Shown: piece by piece, positions 29,005-38,786 of the stretch
How positions within the stretch are numbered: position 1 is the stretch's first letter
Layout of the letters: the number at the start of each line of letters is the position of its first letter
Assembly (NCBI GenBank): GCA_963748015.1
Contig: CAVVHE010000005.1
Span: forward strand, 192,001 to 256,000
Origin: Terriglobia bacterium
GTDB taxonomy: Bacteria; Acidobacteriota; Polarisedimenticolia; Polarisedimenticolales; JAIQFR01
Direction of reading: 5' to 3'
DNA: 64,000 nt
Made by a program: the position numbers and the translations under genes
The notes under the pieces: model-generated
What the model was told of the DNA's origin: nothing
Database searches by the model: none
What the model saw: the letters and a program-made list of their open reading frames with translations, nothing else

Positions 29005-30732
29005 ATGAAATCAAGATTGCTCGCCCTCCTGGGTTCCCTCCTTCTATACCTGACCACTTCAGCTGACATCATCCCCTCCGAACGCCGAACCGACTGGAGC
29101 CACGCCGGCGTTGTTGGTGGGATCCCAACCGTTACCAAAATCTATACAAATCTGTCCCCTGGCGTCACCCTCGCCAAGCTGAACAGTTGCCTGGCCTCCT
29201 GCCCAAGTAATGAGGTCGTGTATCTCTCTCCGGGTGAGTACACTTTCGCTGGGCCGATCGATTTCGGGCAGAACGAGGGAGTCGTTCTTCGGGGTGCGGG
29301 AGCGGGGCGGACGATAATTACATTCAACGCACATGGCGGCAGCGCGAATATCACTATCGGGGAACAAACGGTTAACCGGGTTGCTCCACCTTCGGCGCAG
29401 GTCAAGAACTGGATAGGTGGCTATTCGCAAGGATCAACTTCCATCACCTTAGATAGCGTGAGCGGTCTGCCAAGCCCCGGGCACATCCTCGTGTTGGACC
29501 AGTTAGACGATAACGTGCTGGTTGATGCAGATATCCAAGAAGGGTGCGATTACTGCGGAAGACAAAGCGGGGAACGTACTATGGCGCAGTATGTGCGTAT
29601 TATGAATGTGGTTGGGAACAACGTGACGATATCCCCAGGCTTGCACATGCCAAATTGGCGCAGTGGCCAGTCACCTCAAGCGTGGTATTGGAATGAAAAG
29701 GACACAATCATGTGCGGTGTGGAAGACATTACCATCAATAATAACGTCAATTCCGGCCTCTTCGCCATCCAGATAACTCAAGCCCAGAACTGTTGGGTAA
29801 AGGATGTGCACATATACAAGAGCGCACAGGCGGCGATTGAAACTTCACTTTGTAAGAACATTGAGGTGCGGCGTGTAACGATGGCGCAAGCACAAAGCTC
29901 CACAAGTCAGAGCTACGGTGTAGTGTGGTACATGTGCTCCGACGGCTTGATGATTGATTGTATTGCACACGACATTACTGGAGCAATGAATTTTGGACCT
30001 CAAGCGGCGGGTTGCGTGGTGGCGTACAACTACTTCACTAATTTGGTTTACACACCAAATACATGGAACATCGCCGCTCTCGCAAGCCACGACGCGCACG
30101 TCTGTATGAATTTGCTGGAGGGAAATTATGCCAACACAGCCTACTTCGATTCAATACACGGTAGCTGTTCGCACAACACGGTTTTCAGGAATCGGCTTAC
30201 GGGATGGCAGCCTAATAGGTCAGGGAACACTGTGGCACTTGCGTTTGAGCAGTTTTGTCGAAGTAATAATGTAATTGGCAACGTCTTAGGCAAGAGCGGT
30301 TATCACACGTATTACAGCGTGACGAATCAATCGCAATGCGGTACGTACAGTGATAAATCGATATTCATCCTTGGAACTGGTAACGCCAATTGTGGCAGCG
30401 GTGCTTTGCCGTTGACTTGGGATCCGATTGTTGCGGCTTCTACGTTAATTCATGGTAACTACGACTACTTCAGGTTCTCGCAATCTTGGGATGGGGTGAT
30501 TAGCGACCGATTGATACCGGCGTCGCTCTTCTCCGTAAGCAAGCCAGCATTTTTTGGAAACCTTCCATATCCACCATTTGATCCTGCTAATCCAGCCTCG
30601 GCGTCGCCGACCAACATCCCGGCAGGCTACCGGTTCATTTTCGGAGTGGAACCGCCGGCGGACGGGAGGCCAGCGGCACCAAGTTCCCTCCGTATTGTTC
30701 CCGGTTCTGGCTATGCTGCTGCTAGCCACTAA
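29005..30732 (+). CDS. Secreted right-handed parallel beta-helix protein (pectate-lyase-like fold)
   Basis: Signal peptide 'MKSRLLALLGSLLLYLTTSA', 'DWSHAGV', 'GVVLRGAG', Asn/Gly-rich coils ('NLLEGN', 'NTVFRN', 'NVIGNVLG'). Confidence 0.7.
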   Translation: MKSRLLALLGSLLLYLTTSADIIPSERRTDWSHAGVVGGIPTVTKIYTNLSPGVTLAKLNSCLASCPSNEVVYLSPGEYTFAGPIDFGQNEGVVLRGAGAGRTIITFNAHGGSANITIGEQTVNRVAPPSAQVKNWIGGYSQGSTSITLDSVSGLPSPGHILVLDQLDDNVLVDADIQEGCDYCGRQSGERTMAQYVRIMNVVGNNVTISPGLHMPNWRSGQSPQAWYWNEKDTIMCGVEDITINNNVNSGLFAIQITQAQNCWVKDVHIYKSAQAAIETSLCKNIEVRRVTMAQAQSSTSQSYGVVWYMCSDGLMIDCIAHDITGAMNFGPQAAGCVVAYNYFTNLVYTPNTWNIAALASHDAHVCMNLLEGNYANTAYFDSIHGSCSHNTVFRNRLTGWQPNRSGNTVALAFEQFCRSNNVIGNVLGKSGYHTYYSVTNQSQCGTYSDKSIFILGTGNANCGSGALPLTWDPIVAASTLIHGNYDYFRFSQSWDGVISDRLIPASLFSVSKPAFFGNLPYPPFDPANPASASPTNIPAGYRFIFGVEPPADGRPAAPSSLRIVPGSGYAAASH

Positions 30733-30854
30733 CCGATGTGAGGGTTTGGCTTTTGCTGGCTGGCAGGTAGGAAGCCTCTTTCTTCAACATTACATCTCGA
30801 TGCACTAAACATTTGCCGGGCTTTGGCCAGCATAAATGCCTCCGAGCTGCGGCG

Positions 30855-32215
30855 GGTTGCATCTTGACACTGTCCTTAAGATTTGAGGAGTAACGGTTCC
30901 TCGACCGGCAGAAACAAAAACCATGGAAGCCGTGTCGTCTCATGAAACTCCACACCCAAGTCTCTCCCTCGTCTGGCCGACATCGAACGCGAAGTCGTGG
31001 CCGAAAGCCGTGAATGGGGGCGTCAGCGTCTGCAGGAGCGCCTGCAACAACTCGCCGATGAGTCCGGCGAGGTTTTTCCCCCTCAAGCAACGCCGCCGCC
31101 GACCCCTAACGCTGCGCAGCGAACTGGGCGAAATCGAGCTCGTCGTTGACTACGGACAGCAACCCGGCTCGGGCCGATGGTGCTGCCCCCTCCGAGAGCA
31201 ATGGCAATTGGGGCCGCACGAGAAGATCACGCCCGGCTTTGCGGAGAAGCTTTGCTTTACGGCGACGGCGACCGGGTCTTACGAGGAAGCGGCGCAGGTC
31301 GCCAGCAAATGGTCGCAAACCGTGGATGACTCCACCCTGCATGCGCTGGTGCAACGGGTGGGCGCCCGTGCCGAAGGCCAGGCGCAACGACGCTATGAGG
31401 AGCCCGCCCAGGAACGATTGCCCCAGCGTGGCCCCAGCGAGTTGGGAGTCTTGATGGTGGATGGCTGTCAGCTTCGCTATCGCGGCGCCGGCTGGGGCAA
31501 GCAGAAGACCGGCGAAAACCGCGTCGAATGGCACGAATTGAAGCTGGGCGTGTTCTATCGGCACGAGGCAGCCGCCCGCACCGAGAGCGGCCGCGGCCTG
31601 TTGATCGACAAGCTGGTCGTCAGTTGGCAGGACCAAGCGCTGGAACTGGGGCGGCGGCTCCACTGGGAAGCCTTGCGGGAAGGACTGGCCCGGGCTCAGG
31701 ACACGCTGTTCCTGGCCGACGGAGCGCCCTGGACCTGGAACCTGAAGCAGGATCGCTGGAGCACGGCCCGGGGACTCTTGGACTTTTATCACGGCAGCGA
31801 ACACCTCTGGGAGCTGGGACGCGCCTTACACGGCCAGCAGCAGCCCGCGCTTTCGCAGTGGGTGGAACCCCTGCGGCATCAACTCCGACACGGAAAGGAA
31901 CGCCAGGTCTTGCGCCAGATCTTCCAGCTCAAGAAACGGCGCGGCGAGCCGGGGAAAGTGATTCAACGGGAACAGAATTATTTTCAAACCAATGCCGGCC
32001 GGATGAACTACCAGGAAATCGCCCAACGCGGCTGGCCCATTGGGTCTGGCGCGGTGGAATCGGCTTGTCGGCAAAAGCAGTGTCGTTTCAAACGCTGCGG
32101 CCAGTTCTGGACCAAAGCGGGATTGCGCAACCTCTGCGCTTTGGATGAAGCCCGGCGCAATCGCCACTGGGACGAACTTTGGGCGGCAAACTAAGGACAG
32201 TGCCAAGATGCACCC
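30855..32215 (+). mobile_element. Insertion sequence, ISKra4/ISLre2-like
   Basis: 24-bp TIRs GGTTGCATCTTGACACTGTCCTTA and TAAGGACAGTGCCAAGATGCACCC (22/24). 9-bp flanking repeats GCTGCGGCG and GCTGCGGGG. Confidence 0.88.
30942..32194 (+). CDS. ISKra4-like transposase; N-terminus in a different frame joined at a TTTTTCCCCC site near 31073-31082
   Basis: Motifs 'MVDG', 'ADGAPW', 'LDFYH', 'IGSGAVESAC', 'RFKRCGQFW'. Upstream frame reads RLADIEREVVAESREWGRQRLQERLQ. Start is uncertain. Confidence 0.82.
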
Positions 32216-32338
32216 GCTGCGGGGAACTTGGGATTCGTGGACTTGACGCGGTTGGCCGCAAGCCTTTTCCTGAGCCTTGACTGCAAGTGCATGACATTCT
32301 GTCATGTCGGGGTCCTCCGTTGGTGTGCTTCTCATAGG

Positions 32339-33865
32339 ATGACTGACTATCTTCAGGATAACAGGAACCAAAGCGGAATCGGGCGGAAATCTCTGAGGGG
32401 GGGAGCCATATCCATCTTCGCACGCGGTTGCAACGTGGTGATTCAGGTAGGAACCACACTCTGCCTCGCCCGACTGCTTTCGCCGCATGATTACGGCTTG
32501 GTGGCCATCGTCACAGCCTTGGTGGGGTTCGGTCCCATGCTCATTGACTTGGGTACTGCGGACGCCACAGTCCAAAAGGCCAGAATCAGTCAGGCGGAGG
32601 TCAGCTGTCTATTCTGGCTGAACCTGCTGATCGGGGGGGGGCTAGCCGTCGTAGTGGCATGCTGCAGCCCGCTTATCGCCCGGTTCTATCGTGAGCCGGA
32701 ATTGTTAAAGATAGCCTTGTTCTCCGCGCTGGTATTCCTGTTCTCCGCTTTGTCAATTCAGCATTACTCGCTGCTGCGAAGAGCAATGGAGTTCCAGAAG
32801 ATAGCGGTCATCGACACCGCTTCAAACGTGGTCAGCAGTGTGGCCGCGATCACCATCGCCTTGATGGGGTGTGGCTATTGGGCACTGGTGGCCAAGCCGG
32901 TGTTGCAGGCGCTCTTGGGCGGTGTGGGGGTCTGGTTGAATTGCAGTTGGCGCCCGGGACTTCCTGAAGTCAACTCGGGCGTGAAGGAATTGCTTAGGTT
33001 CGGGATGCATGTGACCGGTTTCACGATGACCGATTATGCAGGCCGATCGGCGGACCGGATCGCCTTGGGTTATCTTTTGGGCGCGAGCAGTCTCGGCTAT
33101 TACCAAAATGCCTTTCTGCTCTATGATAATCTGCTGAGCGTTCTCGTCAGTCCGTTGCACAGCGTGGCCGTGGCTTCGCTGACCAAGCTGCGTGACAATG
33201 TGGAAGATCTCAGAAGTTCGTGGGCTGGCGCACTTTCCGCCCTCGCGTTCTTCGCAATGCCAATGTTTGGCGTGCTCGCAGTTGCCTCCCAAGATGTCAT
33301 TACCCTACTGCTGGGGACGAAATGGGAGCCGGCTGGTCCACTCCTAAGCGTTTTCGCCGTGCGCGGGATTGCTCATGTTGTCGAGAGAACTTTGGGGTGG
33401 CTTCATGTCGCCGCGGGGCGGTCTGATCGCTGGATGAAATGGGGGTCGATGAGTGCGTTGGCGCAGTTGGTCGCTCTCTTCTGCGGCTTGCCGTTTGGCA
33501 TGATGGGCGTGTGTGTTGCGGGTGCCGTGGCAACCTTTCTTCTGTTCCTGCCGGCCCTTGGTTATGCTGGCCGCCCCCTCGGCATTGGGTATGCGCAGGT
33601 GCTGCGAGTTACCGGACGTCAACTGGTCGCAGCGATTCTCTCGGTAGGTTTGGGCTTCCTGGTACAGCACCTATGGCTGCTCGACTCTCCCAGAGGAGTG
33701 CGGTTGACGGTCTCCATCAGCTCGGTTTTAGGTGCCTACGTGCTGCTTGCCGTGGGTGTCCTCAGGGTGACTAAGCCGATCAGGTTGTCCCTGTCTCTCA
33801 TGCAGGAGTTCGGTCAGAATCTGGGCTCCCGCTTGGGATACAAGAGCATGAGGGCCTGCGAGTAG
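32339..33865 (+). CDS. Wzx-like polysaccharide flippase (WzxC/GumJ type)
   Basis: Multi-TM protein with 'LARLLSPHDYG', 'DLG', 'LGYYQNA', 'LLGTKW'. Confidence 0.88.
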   Translation: MTDYLQDNRNQSGIGRKSLRGGAISIFARGCNVVIQVGTTLCLARLLSPHDYGLVAIVTALVGFGPMLIDLGTADATVQKARISQAEVSCLFWLNLLIGGGLAVVVACCSPLIARFYREPELLKIALFSALVFLFSALSIQHYSLLRRAMEFQKIAVIDTASNVVSSVAAITIALMGCGYWALVAKPVLQALLGGVGVWLNCSWRPGLPEVNSGVKELLRFGMHVTGFTMTDYAGRSADRIALGYLLGASSLGYYQNAFLLYDNLLSVLVSPLHSVAVASLTKLRDNVEDLRSSWAGALSALAFFAMPMFGVLAVASQDVITLLLGTKWEPAGPLLSVFAVRGIAHVVERTLGWLHVAAGRSDRWMKWGSMSALAQLVALFCGLPFGMMGVCVAGAVATFLLFLPALGYAGRPLGIGYAQVLRVTGRQLVAAILSVGLGFLVQHLWLLDSPRGVRLTVSISSVLGAYVLLAVGVLRVTKPIRLSLSLMQEFGQNLGSRLGYKSMRACE

Positions 33866-33909
33866 CATGGAATCATCAAAACCGCGCGCGATAGGAGATT
33901 CAAGCGAAT

Positions 33910-34359
33910 ATGAGCAAATTGGGAGGAATTCTTGTGCGTTTGGATGAAACGCCATTCGGGGAGGTCTACCGCGTGGTCCTAGGTTTCTCTATCCTCTCCC
34001 TGCATCGGTTAGTCGACCAGGATGGCCGATCGAGCTGGGTTCTATTCGTTTCATTCTTGGGTGTTCTTCTTGCATTGCGGCTTATACCGGCAGTCGTGCG
34101 GCACATTCTGCCATTTTCGGAACAGGTTCAACGTATCTGGTACGGGAGGCGCCAGTTGGCCAAGCGATACGATTCTTACCAGTGGCAGAAGCTGCTCTGG
34201 ATCGGTCTGGGGCTTGGGTGCTACATCGGCTTGTCGGGCCGATTAAGCGGTCCCCCGGTGGCGCTGGCCGCGATGTGCCTGGTCGCAGGCGGTGCTGGGC
34301 TTCTTTGTTGGCGGTGCACTTGTCGGGCGCAGAAGCCGTTGCCTCCTGCAAGCCGCTGA
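33910..34359 (+). CDS. Hypothetical membrane protein
   Basis: Co-oriented 149-aa ORF with about 4 hydrophobic segments. Confidence 0.55.
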   Translation: MSKLGGILVRLDETPFGEVYRVVLGFSILSLHRLVDQDGRSSWVLFVSFLGVLLALRLIPAVVRHILPFSEQVQRIWYGRRQLAKRYDSYQWQKLLWIGLGLGCYIGLSGRLSGPPVALAAMCLVAGGAGLLCWRCTCRAQKPLPPASR

Positions 34360-34481
34360 TGACCGCCCCGTGTTCACTGGGCTAGCGACGATAGTCGCCT
34401 TCGTTGCGGTTGCAGGGCAATCCGCGTTTTCCCAGCGAATGATCCGATGATCCTGTCGAAAAGTGACACTGCACCTAATCC

Positions 34482-35941
34482 CAATGCCGTTTAGGAATTC
34501 AGGCATAGATTTCGCCGACGGAGTATTCGACGGGTCCGTTGCGATAGGTATTCTTGCGCAAGCGTGGCCAACTGCTGACCGGCTGGCGCACGCTCGCGGA
34601 CAGGATGGTTTCCGCCGTGGGGGAATGGCCGCCTCGGCAATGCGTCGCCAGGGCCCGGCGCACCACCCAGCGCACCTTGTCCGGTCCCAACAGATCCGCC
34701 GACACTTCGAGGAATTGCCACAGGCCTTGAACGACCTGCAGCGTCTTGAGAAAACTGATCCGCAGCACCCCCACGTCCCCGACGCCAGCCGCCCCCACCC
34801 GATAATCCACCAACACGGCATAGGCCAGGATCAGCGCGGCAATCTCCTGCATCGCCGTCAACGGCGTGTGGCTCTGCAAACACGGCGTCGAGCGCATGTC
34901 CACCTTCAGCTCCTTGTAAACAATCTCCTGCTCCCAGCGTCGGCCATACAACGCCAACAATTCCCCCGCCCGATGGCGCCGCCAGTCCAGCAGACTGGTC
35001 CACAGCCGCACCGTCGTAAAGGTCCGGCCCCCGCCCCGCTGCACCCGGCCCAGGATCTCCCGCACCACCCGCCGGTTCGGGCCCGAACGCATCTCCACCA
35101 ACGCACTGCCGTCGAGCAGAACCTCCAGCAAGCAACGCGTCAGATTGGCTTTGACCCGCACCAGAAAATGCCGCTCCCCCTCCGCCGTCAAATCAACCAA
35201 CAGCGCCGGCGAACCCGAGTAACGGTCGTTGATCAACAGACTCTTTTGCGGTTGCGCCGACAACACCTGCTTGGTCAGCACCATTTTCGATTCCCCCCGG
35301 CAGCCTACGGCCGCCGCCAGGGGATTGTGCAGCCCCAACTCCACCATCAACGCCACACCCACCTTGGGAAAGGCCGCCTGCCCGCGGCGACTGCGCGCCT
35401 TGCGCATCTGTTTCTTGACCTGCGGGGTATTGGCGATCGAAAACGTGCTCCCGTCGATCCCGCACAACCGCAGCCCGTGGTAAAACGCCTCCCCATGTCG
35501 CTTCGGATCGGCCTTGGGTTTGAGGGCGACGCCCATAATCGCTTCGAAGATTTCCCAAGGCAAAAGCGCCCGGCGTTGGGCCAGCGCCCCATCGGTGACG
35601 TCCTTACCGGTCAATTGCTTCACGTGTCGAGCCAGCGTACCGCCACCGGCCACGGCGTGGAAGACCAGACCGTGGATCAATTCGACGGCGCGGATGCGCG
35701 GAGGACAACGCCGACGCGGACCGCAGCGACGGAGCACGCTCCGGAGGTGGGAAGAAGGGATCAACTCTCGGAAAAGGCTCTTGAAGGTGGTAGCTGGGAC
35801 AACGGTTTTGTTTGGCATCCCCAGCTTAATGGGGTACTAGGCGAAAAAGTTCAAGTGTAAATATCTGATGATGAACACATTATGTTGTAGCCTTGGAGCA
35901 GCATCCCCTCAACATCTTGGGCCAATTCCTAAACGGCATTG
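34482..35941 (-). mobile_element. IS4-family insertion sequence
   Basis: Perfect 18-bp TIRs CAATGCCGTTTAGGAATT (34482-34499 and 35924-35941). Perfect 10-bp TSD CACCTAATCC (34472-34481 and 35942-35951). Confidence 0.93.
34499..35818 (-). CDS. IS4-family DDE transposase
   Basis: Motifs 'GIDGS', 'DRYS', 'LYGRRWEQEIVYKELK' (YREK-type). Confidence 0.9.
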   Translation of the reverse strand: MPNKTVVPATTFKSLFRELIPSSHLRSVLRRCGPRRRCPPRIRAVELIHGLVFHAVAGGGTLARHVKQLTGKDVTDGALAQRRALLPWEIFEAIMGVALKPKADPKRHGEAFYHGLRLCGIDGSTFSIANTPQVKKQMRKARSRRGQAAFPKVGVALMVELGLHNPLAAAVGCRGESKMVLTKQVLSAQPQKSLLINDRYSGSPALLVDLTAEGERHFLVRVKANLTRCLLEVLLDGSALVEMRSGPNRRVVREILGRVQRGGGRTFTTVRLWTSLLDWRRHRAGELLALYGRRWEQEIVYKELKVDMRSTPCLQSHTPLTAMQEIAALILAYAVLVDYRVGAAGVGDVGVLRISFLKTLQVVQGLWQFLEVSADLLGPDKVRWVVRRALATHCRGGHSPTAETILSASVRQPVSSWPRLRKNTYRNGPVEYSVGEIYA

Positions 35942-35952
35942 CACCTAATCCC

Positions 35953-37091
35953 ATGTCAGGTGTGCGTGAACCAGATCGAATGCCGCGCATATGCATGCCG
36001 AGTTGGCGTAGGTTTAAGAAATATGCCTTCCAAAGTGCAATCTACGAGGCTCAAGACGTGCTCGTGGAGACTGATCATGTCGATCTAGTATGCCCCGAAC
36101 CAGGTCCAGGTTTCCGACTGAAGGAGTCATTGCAGCGCAGGTTACTCTGGCGGGATCTCTCGGGGCAACTAGCCTTTGTTAACCCGGGATTGCGCCCGAT
36201 ACGACTTAAGCGCGATTACGATCTATTCATCGCCGTCTGTCAGAGTTGGTGGGACGTGCTGTATATCAACTCCATCAAGGGTTGGAAGGATCGCTGCCGA
36301 ACCAGTGTCTGCTGGTTTGACGAATTGTGGGCACACTGGATTCCGGATACCGATATTGGCTGCACGCCCTGAAACAGTTTGATTATGTCTTCCTGGCCTT
36401 CGGTGGTAGTGTGGAACCAGTCAGTCGAGAGATCGGACAGTGTTGCCATTGGCTGCCTAGCGGCATTGACACCCTGCGATTCAGCCCATATCCCAGCCCT
36501 CCGAAGCGGGTTGTGGACGTTTACAGCATTGGCAAGCGGTTCGAGGGAGTGCATCAGCGCCTGCTGGCTTTGGCCGAAGAGAGAGACTTTTTTTACCTGT
36601 ATGACACTTTTCCGGGAAGCATGGCGAATCCTCCAGATCACCGCCAGCACCGGGAGTTGATCGCCAACATTGCAAAGCGAAGCCACTTTTTTGGAGTCGG
36701 CCCTGCTAAAATGAGTGATCCAGTTGACAGTCGGGGTCAACTCGAGCCCGGATATCGCTACTTCGAGGGCGCTGCCGCAGGCGCCGTGATGATTGGGCAA
36801 GCACCGGATTCCGGATCGTTCCGGCACTTGTTTGGATGGCCAGATTCGGTGATCGAACTGCAGCCAGACGGTTCGAATGTTGCCCAGGTGTTGTCGATGC
36901 TGAAAGCACAACCGGAGCGAGTTGCCGAAATAGGTCGTCGCAACGCACGCGAAGCCCTTCTTCGCCACGACTGGGTGTATCGATGGAAACAGGTCCTTAG
37001 CCTGGCCGCTCTTGAGCCAACTCCCACCCTCCTCGCTCGGGAGGGGCGGCTCAAGCAGTTGGCCGAATGTGCGCAGTTCAGCGGACCCTGA
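35953..37091 (+). CDS. Glycosyltransferase (CgeB/Glyco_trans_1_2-like), frameshift near 36347
   Basis: Two consecutive ORFs join at WAHWIP/YRYWLH. C-terminal 'YRYFEGAAAG' and 'LRHDWVYRW'. Confidence 0.7.
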
Positions 37092-37151
37092 ATCGTCTGT
37101 AACCCTGGCCCTGCCTTTTGAAAATCAATGGTTCCTGTGATCGACGCAGTG

Positions 37152-37973
37152 ATGACACACAGTCCTAAATTGAGTGCCGGTGAGTGGGTTGAAGTCCGCA
37201 GCCGAGAGGAAATCCTCAGCACGCTTGACAAGAGCGGGCGACTCGATGGGCTACCCTTCATGCCTCAGATGTTTGAATACTGTGGGAAACGGTTCATGGT
37301 TTCTAAGCGAGCACATAAACTGTGTGACACCGTCAACGGCACGGGGGGACGAAGGATGAAGAGCGCCGTACTGCTCGATGGATTGCGCTGCGATGGGAAG
37401 GCTTTCGGCGATTGCGAGATGCAATGCCTTCTTTTCTGGAAGGAGTCGTGGCTGAAACGCGCAGATGCGAAAATGGACTCCGCAGCCGCACCAAGAACAG
37501 CGTCGTCTCCCAGAGCGACTGGAACTTCAAGCCTTAAGAAATGCACAGAAGCCGATGTCTGGGCTGCCACTCAATTGCCCAGTGACCTGACGGGTCTGAA
37601 CGAGCAGGTCCATGTCTGCCAGGCGACGCAGTTGCCGGGTGCCTCGGCGAAGCTTCCGATGTGGAGCCCCTGGCAGTACATCGAAGACGTGACGTCCGGA
37701 AACGTCACTCTGTCACAGACTCTGTGCTCGCTGTTGTTTGTCGCATATGCCGCCATTGCAGAATCCGGCCTTGGCTTTGGATGGGTACTTCGGTCGGGAT
37801 ATGATGTGTTTCAGAGACTTTGCGGTGGTACTCCCTACCCGGAGCGCCGTGGGTTGCTACCCAAGGTTCTCGAACCCCTGCGTTGGAACTCAACCTCAAG
37901 CCCGGTGATCTCGTCAGAATCAAGCCGCACCGGCAGATTCTGGAGACCGTGGACGAAGCCTTGATGAATCGAG
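37152..37973 (+). CDS. Hypothetical Cys-containing protein with a duplicated SH3-like module; frameshift near 37862, truncated at the junction
   Basis: Module 'LSAGEWVEVRSREEILSTLD' recurs as 'LKPGDLVRIKPHRQILETVD' in the shifted frame, then breaks off after MNR. Confidence 0.62.
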
Positions 37974-38072
37974 TGGTGCGGCAGCGGAAAGAAGTACAAG
38001 GCCTGCCACCAAGACGAGGACGACCACAAGCGCTCTTCGGCTCGCGCCGCGGCGTGCCGGGGCGCGACCTGA
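37974..38072 (+). CDS. 3' fragment of a SEC-C motif protein (WCGSGKKYKACH...)
   Basis: Manual translation from 37974 gives WCGSGKKYKACHQDEDDHKRSSARAAACRGAT*. The first Cys of the motif is missing. Confidence 0.72.
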   Translation, partial: WCGSGKKYKACHQDEDDHKRSSARAAACRGAT

Positions 38073-38182
38073 GGTCGCTGATCGGGCCGCCGTGGGCGGC
38101 CCGGCAACCCTCGGAATCGAGCCTCCGGGCGACGCGAGGCTTCCAGCCGGTGCGCTGGATGGGCGAAGGGAAAGGTGACCCG

Positions 38183-38725
38183 ATGAGCGACAAGCTCTTC
38201 CACGGCGACCCGGCGAGGTTGAGATCTCCCGAGAGGATGGCCCTTCTGGAGGTGGACCGCGTCGTGGCCGTCAGCCTCGCCGACCTGGTGGTCAAGATCG
38301 TGCTCGACGTGGGGACGGGCACCGCCGTGTTCGCGGAGGCGTTCGCGAAACTGGGTCTCGACGTCACCGGCGTCGACTTGAGTCCGGAGATGACCGAGTC
38401 GGCCAGGCGCCACGTCCCGGCGGCTCGCTTCGAGGTCGGCGCCGCGGAGCGGCTGCCGTTCCCCGACCAGTCCTTCGACCTGGTCTTCCTCGGTCACGTG
38501 TTGCACGAGTCGGATGAGCCGGCCCGAGCGCTCGGAGAGGCGAAGAGAGTGGCCAGGCAGCGAATCGTCGTCCTCGAGTGGCCCTACCGCCAGGAGGAAT
38601 ACGGGCCTCCCGTGGAACACCGCCTGAAACCGGAGACGATCGAGACTCTCCTGCGGGAGCAGCGCCTCGAGCGGTTCGAGCGCGTCGCGCTCCGAAACAT
38701 GGAGCTCTACCGGATCGCGATCTGA
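38183..38725 (+). CDS. Class I SAM-dependent methyltransferase
   Basis: Motifs 'VLDVGTGTA', 'GVDLS', 'LPFPDQSFDLV', 'VLHE'. Confidence 0.87.
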   Translation: MSDKLFHGDPARLRSPERMALLEVDRVVAVSLADLVVKIVLDVGTGTAVFAEAFAKLGLDVTGVDLSPEMTESARRHVPAARFEVGAAERLPFPDQSFDLVFLGHVLHESDEPARALGEAKRVARQRIVVLEWPYRQEEYGPPVEHRLKPETIETLLREQRLERFERVALRNMELYRIAI

Positions 38726-38786
38726 TCCGCGCGGCCGTCGCAGACCGGACGATGCCGGGCCGGCGGGAGGGGACCCCCGAGCCACT

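Noticed and set aside
37820..38725. 301-aa ORF as a genuine fusion protein
   Set aside because: It reads through the junction by chance. The real methyltransferase starts at 38183.
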